Part shown: positions 1 through 15,559 of the stretch, piece by piece | Layout: each line of letters begins with the position of its first letter | Numbering within the stretch: position 1 is the stretch's first letter | From: Octopus sinensis | Taxonomy: Eukaryota | Reading direction: 5' to 3' | Assembly: GCF_006345805.1 (NCBI RefSeq) | Contig: NC_043002.1 | Coordinates: forward strand, 1,426,001-1,490,000 | DNA: 64,000 nucleotides | Translations under genes and position numbers: made by a program | The notes under the pieces: model-generated | Database searches by the model: none | What the model saw: only the letters and a program-made list of their open reading frames with translations | What the model was told of the DNA's origin: nothing

Positions 1-2412
1 GTCTGCTTACAAAACGCAAGTACTCTAAGTTTTACATTTGACATAATTTAGAGTTGTTTTATATTCTTACGTGAATAAGTTTTGACCGTAAACATGTAAA
101 CAATTTTAGTAAAATTACGATAAATATGGGATTTTAGATAACATTTTCTTAACGAAATGTTTATTGTTTGGGTATGAGGCAGTAAGCGATATTTCCGTGC
201 TTCATATGCCTAAATATAAACGGAATGGATATTACTATCTTCCAAAGTTGCATGGCTGCGACCTCAGTGATGATATTTTGAAATCCACTTGTTTTCAAGA
301 AGATTCTTTATGGGAAGAACAACATCACTTGGGAGTTAGCGGCGAAACCCTGAATGTTCTTGTTCCCACTTCTGAACCGAAACTTGGGTCTTGGTAAGGA
401 TTCGTCGGTCTTTATGTACCTTCAGTAAGTCTTTCCCGTTTTTAAGTAAAGACCACCAGGACATATGCCTTAATCGCACCACATATGCTGGAGAGCATGA
501 AATTTCTCAAGATGTTCAATAGAAAGAAAAATTGTCAGCTTGTGACAGAACTGTCTTCGTGATTTGAGGCTTCACGGACAACCATGAGGCAGAATTCTAC
601 ATGGAACTATTTCAGACACCTAGTATAGAACTAGAGTAAAACTGGTTGTTGGATATTCCTGAAAGACTAATATTTGAAAATAATTTTACTAATTTAAGGA
701 AAACATAAGTTCGTACCTAGAAGATGAAGGCGAGTACTACAGCCGGAATGCAATGGAGTTTGAACGCCTCTCCCGAGAATCAAATAACACAAAAACTGAA
801 GGGCGACGATATTTAGCGACTGATACGTGAAAGTAATTTACAGTACAATCATAAATCTTGAAAAACTGCTCACGTCTTAGTTACCATGACTACTTTTGTA
901 GAAATACTCGTAAATATGAGTGATGTGTTGTTTCTACTGACGTTATTTGAATGGAAATATACAAAGTCGCTTGTTTACCACTGAAAAGGATCTCAAAATA
1001 TCATTAAACCGGGAACAAAAGCAAAGCTTGCAGACAATATCTGCCATTGTCGCTATTTTTCCAGCACAAGCTGGAACAACACTTGATAAGGAATCTGCAA
1101 ACAACAAATAACACTTAATAAGGAATCAGAAACCTTTAAATACTTTGAAGGCAACATAGGAACATAAAGCCTCTTGCATAATGTAATCTATGCGAAGTAC
1201 AGACATATCAACAACATCGCTAGAATTTCCATAATTCATAGACTAGAAATAAGATTTTGTCTTACATTTGAACATTGTTGAAAGAAAGCTCCGGCACCAG
1301 TTTTCGTTAGTTTATGTCATAAATAGATTCTCTCAATGTTTTGTCTATTATCAGACGGTATTGCTTGGTTTGTCTTTGAATAACTTTATGAAAAATAAAT
1401 AAAACTATTGAAACATGATAAGAAAATGGAAACGATAATGAAATAACTTCAATATTTTTCTTGACTATTAAAGATTTCTAAGAAAATCGAAAGACGTAAA
1501 ACAGTAAAATATTAAAGAATACCAGATGTAACTAAAGAGCTCAGATTCGGTTTAAACGACAGCTTAGCAGCTGCTTTTGTGCTATCATACGACTAAACCG
1601 TTGCTTAGAGTGTACATGCTAAAAAAAAATCATTAGTTGATTTACACTCAGTAACCTGTCATTCATCAGCATGTGGTGAACACGACCATTGTTTTCCGCA
1701 TTGGTGGCACATGAAATATCCATGGGATTTGGAGCTTGGTTCCAACACTAAGCCAAGAAACTACTTTCGCCTCCAAGACATATTTATGTCAGCTGTTGCA
1801 GATGGAGCTTGTGTCTTCTCTGCCTTATGACTACTTCAATCAGCTTCTTTTTCTTCGCTGATGTGAAGCCACGGGTTTCGAATTTCTGGCCTGCCTTGCT
1901 TTGATTACGTTGCCCTTCTTTTTACTTGTTCCTTCATATTACGTAGATGTCCCATTTCTATAATAGGACAGTTAAGGTTTAACGAAAAATTTAGCGCAAC
2001 CTTATTTTCTGAACTTACAAAGGCAAAGGACACAGTCAGATCATATATTTTTCAGAACATTTAAAATATTAAACACAGGCGCGTGCGCGCAGAAATATAT
2101 ACGATTTTTTAATAAAAGGCACATAAAACAAGTAGTAAAATTGTAATTAATAGTTTTTTTTAATAATTAAACTAATTGTTTCAAATTGTTCTAGTTGAAA
2201 AATATTCTTATGTTATTTGCTCGAAGAAAATTAGATTTTAAGATAGATGAAAATGTCTGTTTGCTTTTCGCATCCTTACGACAACAGATTATGTAAAATA
2301 ACGAAAAACGGAATGAAACAAATTTGAAAATAACATAAATTATTATTGTTTGTGTACAAAACATTATACTACATATACACGGGCACACATACTCGTTTAT
2401 ATAAATATATTA

Positions 2413-2416
2413 TCAT

Positions 2417-2474
<58 letters not shown>

Positions 2475-2553
2475 GTCGTTGTCGTCGTCATCAACATCAC
2501 CATCATCATCATTTAACGTTCGTAAACAGGCATGAAACGATCTGCCTTTCCCT

Positions 2554-2599
<46 letters not shown>

Positions 2600-4366
2600 G
2601 AGAGACCCTTTATTGCTAGCAGGATTAGGAGCTCTTTGAACTTTACCCAGTCTATTCTTATTCTCACAGTTACGCTCTCGAAGCATCCACCTCCACTACT
2701 AACTTGGTCACCTAGATAATGGAAGCTATCTACTACCTCTAGCTTACCCCACTGGCAGTTCATGGAGTCTATTTCCTACATATTTTCAGCATTTATTATG
2801 TTTGTGCATCTTACACATGCAAAGGTTAGTTTCCCTGCTAACCTTCCTCTGATATTGTTGCACCTTCTATGTGTACAAAGCTTACACTGGGTGCATCGTA
2901 AGGACTTTCTACCTACACCTTTTCTACGGATCGAGCAGGGCCATCTACCTGAAGGGATTGTAATTTCTCTGCCATCCTACTTACTAAGACGTTGATTTTT
3001 GCTAAGGCCCTTTGATTTTAGACCTTGCTTCCATATCTGGAACTTGGTCTAGTCATCCTTATTGTAAATCTAGTTCAGGTAGAGATTCAGTTATAAGAGC
3101 AAGGTCATCAGCATAGAGGAGCTCCCAGTAGAAGCTTCTCTTGGATTCCTTTGTTATTGCCTGAGGACTATGATGTACAAGAGGGGTCTGAGGACCGATC
3201 CTTGGTGAACCCCTACTTCTACCCTGAATTCTTCACTGTACGCATTGCCAGCCCTCACCTTACAGGTAGCATACTTGTACATAGCTTCGCAGCTTTCACC
3301 AACCACTCTATCCCTAGTTTCCGTATTGAGATAAGAGATCGGGGAACCCTATCAAAGGCTTTCTTTAACTCAACAAAAGCCAAGTACAGAGGTTTATCTT
3401 TGGCTAGGTACTTCTCCTGCCGCTGCCTTACCAGAAATATAGCATCAATGGTGCCTCTCCCTGGCACAAAACCAAGCTGCATCTTATCCGGGCTAACTCT
3501 CTCTCTCTCACTAATTAGTTGGACTATGACTCTCTACATAACCTTCATCACCTTATTCCCCAATTTGATACCTCCGTAATTATTTCTATCAAAGGTATCA
3601 TCTTTACCTTTGTAACTATGGTGCTACTACACCAGTCATTGGGTATGACCTCTTCGCGAATCACCTGGTTTACAATACAAGTGACTAGACCATAATCCAC
3701 ACCGCCACATATTTTAAGCATCTCAGCGGTGATTCCTGATGGGCCAAGGGCTTTTCCTGTCTTCATATCCTTAATTACTTTATCTACAAAGGAACTGTCG
3801 ATTCGTGTAGCCAGTTCCTCAATTGGTTCAACATATGGCAGACTCTCCTCCTCCCATTCATTCTCCACATTCAGCAAACTTTCATAATGGCATTTCCAAG
3901 CCTCTTTCTTTGCAGAATCATTTAAAGGAAGTGTACTATCATCCATGCAGACACATTTCTCTCCTATGACATCATGAATTTCTCTCACTCACAGTCTTGC
4001 AATCCGAAACACGCCAGTTCTTTGGTCCTCACATCGTTAAACTTCTACTCTCCTGCTACTTCCATGGCTAGATATACTTCTCTCCTAGCATCCCTTCTGG
4101 CAATCTGATACAATTCCCTGCTACCCCTATTCTTCCAGGCCTTCAAGGCCTGTTTCTTAACTCTAATGGCTCTGTCTACAGTATTATTCCACCACTGCGC
4201 TACCCTATGTCTGGAAGGGTAGCTACAGATTTGGTCTGTGGCACTCAGCAAGCTGTTCTTCAGTAATTCCCAGTTGCCCTCTATGTCATAATATGTATCC
4301 CTTCCTCCGTTTCGTCGAATTTCTCAATTAGGATGTCCCTAAATCTCTTACCATATGAAAGGCCCT
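2413..4366 (-). mobile_element. 5'-truncated, degenerate RTE-clade LINE (reverse transcriptase fragments) with (GAT)n 3' tail
   Basis: Minus-strand peptides: MKTGKALGPSGITAEMLK, QLGFVPGRGTIDAIFLVRQRQEKY..LYLAFVELKKAFDRVPR, WELLYADDLAL (~3105-3135), LEVVDSFHYLGDQVSSGGGC. Ends in AACGTTAAATGATGATGAT.. ((CAT)n on plus, 2413-2512). An (AG)n tract interrupts at ~2555-2605. Confidence 0.92.
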
Positions 4367-4389
4367 GAAACCTCCAAGAATATATATAC

Positions 4390-4412
4390 GAAACCTCCAA
4401 GAATATATATAC

Positions 4413-4487
<75 letters not shown>

Positions 4488-4625
4488 TGGATATATACAT
4501 GTATATATATGTGCACATATATATATATGTATGCACACACACACACACACACGTACGCAGATACACACAGACACTCACGTACACATAATATGCATATAAA
4601 ATATGTATGTGTGTGTATACGTATA
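4390..4625. repeat. Compound (TA)n/(CA)n microsatellite
   Basis: Direct reading; abuts the 5' truncation of the RTE LINE. Confidence 0.95.
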
Positions 4626-6419
4626 CACAGATACTTGCATTGCAAAATGGTTTATTTACTTTGTATATGTGCATGTGTTTCATGCCATTGCAGAGGCAGA
4701 ATTGTATACACACGTGGTATTTGAATATAAAGCAGAAAAAAAAAATAATGAATGAATTTAAAGATGAAGGCAGAACGCAGTTATTAGAGTGACGTGGAAT
4801 ACTTTTGCGATATGATTGTACTGTTAAGTGCCACATTAAAAGGAGCAACAAAAGGGCACATTATTTCGAAAATATATTACAGTTAGCAATAAAAAAAAAA
4901 TTTGTTTTTATTCTAGATTCAGAAGTATCTTTGCATTTGTATCAGAAACATAGACTCAGGAATCTCTTAATCCTCTTCCTCGAATATTACTAATATGGAA
5001 TCTCCATTCACAGATTCACTTAATGTTTCCTAGCACTGAAAAACCATTCCAAACTGTGCACATCACATGTGTGTCATTGTTAATCACATTGGCAAACACT
5101 ACCATCTTAAGTATTGCAAAAACAAATAAGAATACAAGATACAGGTGAGAGAAAAGGGAACAAAATGTAAGCGGTATTTTCAATCAGAGGCAAAAGAACA
5201 ACATCTTGAAACGATCTAAATAATATTTCTTTGAATTTTGGAGAAAACTTAATTCAAACAAGATTCATTTGACCTGATGATGAGATAATACTTCAATATT
5301 TTAATCACAGTAAAATATCTAATTAAAGTTTTGGCTGATAACAATTTAATTAAATACATTTATTTTTACTTAATAGATTCTTTTATCTTCAATCAGGTAT
5401 TGTAATGGCAGTAACCGATCCAATGGGAACATACTTAAAATTCAGTAGATAATGAAATCATTTCTTAATTAATGGTGACATGGCTTTATTTGTAAAGTAG
5501 CTGTTATCTCTATTACTTCATCCCATAAAAGGTGCAATAAAATGCCTATCTTTAGTATAACATCGTTTACAGATTCTGATTTCAGTTGAAGCTTATGGAA
5601 GAAATGTTACGCGACTTAATAAACACGCGCAAAACCTATCATTACATCTCTGTTCTATAAACGTCGTCTGCATTGTGCAGCGCGAGAGGAAGAACTGTAT
5701 AATAAACGACGCTTCAGCCGTAGAACTTAAGCATTTGATTATCAAGTATAAATTTAATGAAGACTTTATTTGGCTTGTGGAAACGAGAATATCCTGGCGA
5801 CTCCTATTCAAAGTTCCTATCATGTTACAAAATAATACCTAATTAAAATAATGAACACAAGCTTGCAATATTTTATGCCATGGTTTAATTACTTTGCGTT
5901 GAAAGTTACTGGATTTTGACGTTAGGAAACTTATTCATTGTTCATTTATGGTTTATATTAAGCTAGTTATTATCAATTTCTCCCAAACAAAATATTTGTG
6001 CACAGTTGTCGTCTCTTGCTGAATAAAAATGTCTGTCGATTGTTTGTTAATCGGGTGGAAAAAAGAACAGTCGATAGTTTTCCATCAGTGAAACACAGAA
6101 AAACTAAAACTGAAGCGTAAGTTGATCACTGATTGTATTTAGGCAACAAGGAAATATTTCGTTAGGACACGATATATTATATACACAAAGATAACGAAGA
6201 ATTGCTAAAACTTCGCCAAAATAGAACCCATATATACATAGACACTCGCACTAGTACGCACACGGGCGAACACACACATACGCACACAGGCGAGCACATC
6301 TATACGCACACACACACACGCGCGCGTATTGGAATATCTATGAGATTTATGTTCTTTGCAGTATTTAAACCGGAAAGTAACAAACAAGTGATTTGACTCT
6401 TTCGCTCAAGACATTGCAG

Positions 6420-8150
6420 ATTATTTCAATGACAAGGTTTTTAACTCATGAGAAGTTAGCATCCTGTGCAAATTTTGTAGATATCCGCTGTTGATATGAA
6501 CGATATCTTTGACAACTGTGCAGTCAACATTTTCAGGCAGAATGTGGATGGATTTCTACAGGAATCTGTACGGCTCTTGTTGGCATTTAGTCTTATCCCT
6601 ACACTGATAGCAAATGACCTAGCCCTGTAGGTGAGATCTGATGTATTTGTCTCAGGTTTAAGACAAACTACAACTCCTAATCAAGATTACTGGTATTCCC
6701 TTGTATGCGGTATGTATACCCTTGCATAATTTTCTGCTGATATAAGGAGTATTTATTTCTTTGTCAAGTATCTGTTTACGCAAGTCAGTCCAGCCGCCGT
6801 TGCTTCATATAAAGCAGCTTTGTACGTAGAGCAGTTTTTCAAGAAATTTTCGCTCAACTTCATTACATTATTTCTTTCTCTGTTGCGTAAACACTTGATG
6901 TACTCATTTTTCGCTGGATTGATCAATAGATGTTGTTTAAGGAACATGAGGCATTCAAAGGTCGTCTGAGTTAATCTTATGCTTGTACCTACAACTCTAC
7001 GCTTAACATAGATCTTGTCAGCATCAATCTTCATGAAAAAGTTACCAATCACTGTTAATATCTGTCTACTTCTACTGTCCATGTCGCCGATTTCGTCAAG
7101 TCTTTAGTCTAATTTCTCAAATATTGCTACTAGAACTAGCGCTGAGAATACATTATGATTCACGGCTTTACTGGATGCAAACAGCTCTCTCTTCTTCAAT
7201 TCCTTCCAAAGTTTGCCGAAGTATTTCTTTGTCACTCTCGTATTTCTCCCAATACCGACTAAGTGAAATTCCAAGGTATTTATAAATTTCATCTTTGGTG
7301 ATTGCAGAGATAGAAAGGTGACACTCCTTGCCTAGTCGACAAAAAATTCCTCGTCTGACTACCGAATATGATCATTAACTCTCTCCAAATTTCATTCCCA
7401 TGTCCCATGGGGATGTCGTGACTAGTTCTGTCTCTTGGTGTTGTAGATATTATTCGTCGAGTGCAGTTCCAAGTCATCAACGAAAAAAGTATTGGTGAAA
7501 TAAATTCCACGTTTATCTGCCGTTCTTTCATGCCGTCTTTATATTTCTTTAACAGGGATTCAGACCTAGTACAGAAAATTTTACAATAAAGCTATCACTT
7601 TGAAATAGTTCTGTTCATAACCTAAATGTATTAGAGACTTTAGCAGTAGATTATTTTCTCGGTGATAGTTCTGTGGACCAGGTCATTGCCAGTTTCTTAA
7701 TTGCATCAACTATAGCAGTTGAAACCTTAGCAAGGTGTCGTGATTATATTATCCATAACTGAAGATAATAGTGAGGAAACGCCTTCTTATAGTCTAGCCA
7801 TATTGTTAGCAGGTTTGGACGGTGCTGTTTCCCTCCTTGAGGACAGTTTCTTTTTATCAGGAACTGTTTAACTCAGTGCTAGAGTTCTATTTTTCTTTCC
7901 TCCAGCTTGCTAATCACTAACCAGTTTGTCTATTTCGCAGGAGGAATGCTTTCAAGCAATTCGTAGTATTGTATTTACAACTATCAGCCAGTCTGGTACA
8001 TCGAGCTCATCGCCGTTGTTCTATTGAGCAGGCTGACAAAGGTTGCAGAACGAAAACTTTCTGTACCAATAACCAATTATGAAGTCAATCTCAGCTGCTT
8101 TTCCGTTAGGAAAATTTCACTGTTCATATAACAAGTTGTAGGAGAAACGT
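6420..8150 (-). mobile_element. Degenerate RLE-type (R4/Dong-like) LINE fragment, RT region
   Basis: Minus-strand motifs with frameshifts: GKAAEIDFIIGYWYRK, WLDYKKAF, LFFVDDLEL, DMGMKFGE, KIDADKIYVKR. Same motif style as the 15.5-19 kb element. Confidence 0.8.
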
Positions 8151-8299
8151 TTATGTCACTCTCACTCAGTGGTTCGTCTAACCATGTTGAAGCATGACGT
8201 TGTATGCTAAATTAACAGATCCTTCATCCAAATAATTCAAGGTCCTTTAGTGCAAACTTGTGATTAATAGACCACTCCTCTTTAGAATACCTTATTTCC

Positions 8300-8640
8300 T
8301 GTGTGTCTAACGTTGCCATTACTCCTATTTAAACCCCTTATCAACACTTCACCCGAACCGTCTCTTATCTCTATCACCCTCACTCTTCCATCTCAGGGAA
8401 ACTGCTTAAGGACTTCATCAGATTCACTTCTACTCCATACTTCATACACAATGACCAAGTCACTGTTATTCCTATATGTTCTCCTTGTCCATGATTCTCT
8501 CCCGCTCCCTCCTTGTCTCCGTCCTAGTGCTGATGCTATAATAAATGGCACCCAGTTCGTTCTATGAAGTATTGTATTGTTAGGAATCATTAATCTTGTC
8601 GAAGACTTCACTACGTCGCTATTGTATGTGCTACAATACA
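8300..8640 (-). mobile_element. Possible very old RTE-like RT fragment
   Basis: VPFIIASA...SDLVIVYEV loosely resembles SPFLF..ADDLVI of RTE RT; weak. Confidence 0.25.
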
Positions 8641-8644
8641 TCCA

Positions 8645-8860
8645 GTATTAGGAAGGGCATCCAGCGGTAGAAACGAGGGAAAAAATTACACAAGATGTTG
8701 TCCTCCAATTCATCTGGAAGAGCAGCAACGGCCCATCCAATGCATACCAACAGGAAAAGCAAAGGGGAAAACTGTGGTGATAATGACGACGATGATGATG
8801 ACGAGGATGATATTAATGATGCTAATGATGATGATGATGATGATGAGGTTGATGATGATG
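8645..8860 (+). mobile_element. RTE-type 3'UTR/SINE fragment with (GAT)n tail
   Basis: TTAGGAAGGGCATCCAGCGGTAGAAAC..CCCATCCAATGCATACC followed by a degenerate (GAT)n tract, the same tail type as the RTE at 2413. Family recognition from memory only. Confidence 0.55.
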
Positions 8861-11800
8861 ACATAGACACAAATTTATATAATAGAAAGAAAGGTACAAT
8901 ATACAAAAGGGTATGCAACAGTTGAACATAAAATGTCTAACGTTTTAGTCAACACCTTAATATGCATCTACTTTACAAGAATAACAGTTGCAACCCCGAT
9001 GTATCTTCTTGAAATTTCGGTTAATCCCTGTTGCTGATTGCAGTAAAGCGTTTTCTAATCCTGTAGATAAAGGAGTTATCCAGGAGGGGAAGAATTACTA
9101 GTAGGCATAAGGTGAAGTTATATCCAGCGACCACATAATATATATGTAGATGTATATATGTATTTATAGAGCGTATTTGCGTACGAGAATGCGTGCGTGT
9201 GCGCGCACGTGTGTGTGTGTATGTGTGTCTGTCTTCGCTGGAGAGAATCTCCGCCAACGTGCGGGCTTTCTGACAACAAAATGTTGAAAAAGAAACTCGA
9301 ACTGTTTCGTTTTCACACCTAAGTTTCCGTGTGATTACAAGATGCACAGCAACCTAGAACTACCGATAGCTAAAGAAGGAATTATTCAGACGTTCCCCCG
9401 AGAACTATACCGACAGTCGTTCCCTGTCCACGAATACCCCACCATTTTTATTTCTTTTCTAACCGCCATCTTCCCTGAGAATTCCCATTGTTCACAACTA
9501 AAACGCATTCCATCACTGGTGGTGTTTTTATTTAGGCAATTAGTTTCACTAATGATAAGTGTTGTCTTACAGATAAATGAATATCGATTAAACATCAATA
9601 CAGCAAATCATTAAATAATTCTATATATAGTTGTCTTCTGAAATTCAAAATGTAGAGACTAGTGCTAACCTTATGAACTTGTCTACTAGATTTTGTTTAT
9701 TCTCAGTAGATATATGTTCATTAACCTTTCTCTTTTTTCAGAGACCTCAAGAAAATTGAAAGAGACCGAAATTTTAGATTCTGATTATAGAATTACTGAA
9801 ATAGAAAAACACAACAACTCAGTAAGAAGTTTATTGTTGGTGCCAGATACCAAAATTTTAAAAATAATAACTAACACTAAACTGACACAAATGTCTTTAA
9901 AATTACTTTATCTCAACGTTTGGAAATACAATAAGCCGAGTCAAAGAATCATTTCGAGAAACAATAACGCTAGTCATAAAGATAAAACAATAGAAATTCA
10001 TTAGTTACATACTAATTTATTTCCAAAGACTAAAAAACGAAATACTTTCACTGAATTTGAATTTCTTTCAGTTAAAAAAAACCCAGAAAATGTAAGAAGA
10101 GAATATTGATATTTGTTTTATTTATTTATTTCTTAATTTATCTAATACTAAAAACTTCGAAATTTTTACACCTGAATTATTCAATTGTAAAGAAATATTT
10201 ATTTCGAAAAAAATACAATATAACGTTTTTTTTTCCCATTCATTCTTAATTTTAAGAGCAAAACACTTTGTCGATAACAAGAACTGTATATTATGTTTTG
10301 TATTTGTTTTCTAATTATTGTTGGTGCTGGAAAATTACTTTAATGACTAATGTCTCTAAATTTTCATAAAAAGAACGCATTCGTTTCTTTAGTATTTCAA
10401 AACTATTCTAATAACTGGGAACATGACCGAATGATCTCCTTCTGAATAAAAGACTTTCTTCTAGAATGAGAAAATAACAATTTTAGAATATGTAGATAAA
10501 GATGCTTGAATGTCCAATCATTATTTTCAGAAAGACAATTTCTGGTCACCATTGTTGATAGAAAGAAAATATTTGAAACGTTGGAATGAAAGTTAACAAG
10601 AAACGAATAAATTCCTCATATAATATCATCGTAGAAGTTACTGAAGACATTAGCTTAGGATATTTCACTTGAGTGGATCTTTAACACAATGTATAAAAAC
10701 ATAGAGAAACCTTATTCGTTGAATATATAAGAACTATTATCATCAGTCAACACACTATTCAAGGCAGCGACTATTAGTCATTTGTTCATTGAACAAATCT
10801 CCCTACCACTTAGGCTGCTGATCCTGGGATGACAAGAAAGTCACATGTTCTTATTCTACTTAACCCAAAGTGGTCGTACATTCTTCTGAGGCAATTAAGC
10901 CATCACTTTAACATTGTCTCTGTTTTATCATCACTTTATTTACCCACATACTGGGTATGGATCTGCATATTAATTTATCAAATGTTCAGTGTTCGACCGT
11001 ATTCTAGCTTTGTTCTTTAACATTATATCTTGTAGCCTATTGTATTCAGGATTGGCGATTCCTTTTTAAGTTCTTATGGAATTGTAGTTTGTGAATTATT
11101 TAGCTGTTAACTGTACTTATATAACAATTGCTTAGAGGCTGTTACGTTGGCTGAGCTCCATTTTATATTTATTGCGAAACAGCGAAGAAAGAGGCCGGAA
11201 GATGAATTTAACAAGTTAAGAAAAAAAAAAAGAACTGGGTTAAATGAAGCGTGACATGCTAAAGCACATCTCTGTGCAAAAACAACTGAATTCTAAAATA
11301 AGGCAAATAAGGCTGTTTAATATAAAGAATTCCTGTATGAATGCCGTCATTCTCCTTGTGGTAAAATAATTGTTTCTTTAATAGTTTCCGAGATGAATTG
11401 GTTATATTTAGATGTAATTAAATGTTACTTGAATTTAAACATGAATGAAATGCCTTTAAAATACAGTGGCACCCTACAGAAATAATTTCACTGCAGCCTT
11501 AATCACTTCATCTCGAAGGTAGTTATTTTTTAGATACTTTTGAAGGCTGAAGATACCATTCTGGACTTATGGTATCCCTCATCTAGACAAGGAGAATGAA
11601 CAGACTTGTTGTAGTAAGCAACTTGGAGAGATGTCAGCAGGGGAAGCACACTTTATTTATATTTTCAGAAAAGTCTCTTTTTAAGCCATCGAAGCCAAAC
11701 TTGTTATTCTCTGCCCTCCTTATCTAATGACAAGAATATAATTTTACTGAAGATATTTTATTTTATATCATAGTGTTTGCTGTATTTTTGAAATTGTATA

Positions 11801-12269
11801 ATATTGCTTAGGTGAATATTAGTGCCGTGGGGGAAACATTTCCACGCAGGGTATTAGCTAAAGTAGCAAAGCTCAAATAAAATTGCAAAACATTCTTCCA
11901 TTGATAATGTAATCCTATTGATTCATTCACTGACTACAAGACATGAACTGATTTGGAATCATCGTGTCCTCATGGTAGATGTTTAGGCCGAGTACAAAAG
12001 ATAGTTGAACACATATTTAATGAAACAACATTCTTACTAATGGCGTCCAACGTTGTGCAACCTGTGTACAATATATATTACAGCATTTAGAAAGTTGGAA
12101 ATTCCTAAATAGTTCTTGGCAACAACAACTGCATGTTTTTTCATGTCTTGTGCCAGCATTTTATCTGCCGTGGGGGATCTGAAAATAATTTAAACCACTG
12201 ATGTTATTTGAAAAGAGAAATATACTGATAATAAAGTGCCCTCTATATAAAATTCTTCAATGTAGTTGA

Positions 12270-13792
<1,523 letters not shown>

Positions 13793-14294
13793 TACATAGA
13801 TACTGAAAAGTCCATAAACAATTTAAAGGAATGTCCTGATAAAAGACATAGAAATAACAGAGGATAATGTTGATGGATTATTTCAAGCATTGCTGAAAAT
13901 AGAGAGAAATACGTTCAAAATGTCGGATATACGTTCTTCATTTGAAGGGAAGGGAAACGACAAGATGAGGACATGGGCAAAAAAAAGGCACAAACTGAAA
14001 CAATGAATATAAAAGTGAAAGAGAAAAATATTAAGGCACCGAAAATCCCTCGTGTAACTTAAGCCAGCGATATTATTGTGCAGGGGAATAATGAAAACAG
14101 GGAAGACAACGATTGAGTCATAGTAAGTGCGTGTCTAACTAGAGCGCATGGGTGAGAGCATACAGCAGCGCTGCGTGCGGCGCGTTCGAGCGTCTGTATA
14201 TTCTGTGTGAATGGATAGTGCTGGAACCTTAACCCAGGGAGCCAAATCGCCAGACGAGAAACGCGTTTCTATTTTCTACGACTGGATGCTCCAT

Positions 14295-14418
14295 ATGTGT
14301 GTATATATATATACATGCAGAGGCACACACACACATTATGCATAGATATGTATGCATACATACATACATACATACACATATGGGCATATATACATTTATG
14401 TGTATATACACACACACA

Positions 14419-14469
<51 letters not shown>

Positions 14470-14490
14470 TATATATACAGAGAGAGAGAA
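14295..14490. repeat. (CA)n/(TACA)n microsatellite
   Basis: Direct reading. Confidence 0.9.
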
Positions 14491-15559
14491 AGTGCAGATT
14501 ACAAAGTCAATATATTAACTGTATTAGGATTATTTGAAATGTAATTTTCAAGAAAATATCCTATATTACATTGACGTTAGTCATAAGAGATATTGGAAAT
14601 CTATTGGCATAGATCTCTAATAGGCGTTTCATACAACTCACTCTTGTGCGAAGCGCTAATGATATATGAATATGTGATTAGAGCGATAAGACTAATATTT
14701 CCTCGTATCAGCATGGTATTGATCTTTAATAAAAGCCAAAGCATTCATATGTTGTGATAAAGGAACAGAAATAGGAAAACAGTTTTCAGTGTGTCATTGA
14801 ACGGACCCTAGCAAATGTAGGATCCTACAAATTTATAATCATAAAACTTCAAAGGTTTTTTTTCTTTTTTGCGAGAAGCTTAATTCGTATCCAGTCGACA
14901 AATTGAGCTTTTCATTGTGGTTATCACAAGTTTTAAGAACACAACTTGCTCCATTCGACTGGAAAGTGAACAATCTTTCTTATTCAAATATTAATAGAAT
15001 TTCTCTCATCATAAAAAAAACAAAGAAAGCCAAACATATTTTCACAGAATATAGTATTGGTATTTGAAATCATATGCAAATATTTAAAGATATTTTCATT
15101 GAATATTATTCATGAAATATTTCAAACTACCGATACTTTAATTCCTTGCCTGGCTAGTTTTATTTTTGCCCGATCCTCAAAGGAATCAAATAAAAATTTC
15201 GTCAATGGGAAGGTATTAATTAGGTTTTCTTCGTCGATGTTTCTATAAAAATGAAATAGAAATCATAAACAATACACTTTCGCCCCCCGATAGAGGATGC
15301 ATGTATTTCAACTTATTTTGAGTTTGTTCATCAATAAACTCCTGTACAACCTCTGATGTTACATCAAGATTTTATTTCTTCTTCCTCGTTTGATCCTGTT
15401 GGCATGCTGTTCCGAACAATTAAATATGTACATGTATACTCGTGTATACATTTTATCCCAGATAAGGAATATTTTGCATAATCCAACTATATATACATTA
15501 CATACATACATGCATAAAATACAAATATAATTTATGAGAAATTAAGATAAACAGTTTAT

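Noticed and set aside
113-397. Open frame of ~94 codons followed by GTAAG
   Set aside because: No convincing acceptor or ATG context and no recognisable domain; faint resemblance to a LINE zinc-knuckle region only.
4281-4851. Long ORFs with YIYI/CVCV/HTHT repeats (also at 12.3, 14.3, 19.0, 27.2, 31.6, 49.7, 57.5, 60.7 and 62.1 kb)
   Set aside because: They are translations of dinucleotide and tetranucleotide microsatellites that lack stop codons.
5553-5840. Plus-strand stop-free frame of ~90 codons after TTTACAG
   Set aside because: No start codon, no good donor, no recognisable homology.
10400-10700. Minus-strand YDDII..EEFIRFLLTFIPTF, a possible Penelope RT core remnant
   Set aside because: Too degenerate to support as a feature by eye.
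14258-14270. GAAACGCGTTTC palindrome
   Set aside because: No CUGANGA on either strand; adjacent sequence resembles an RTE 3'UTR fragment.
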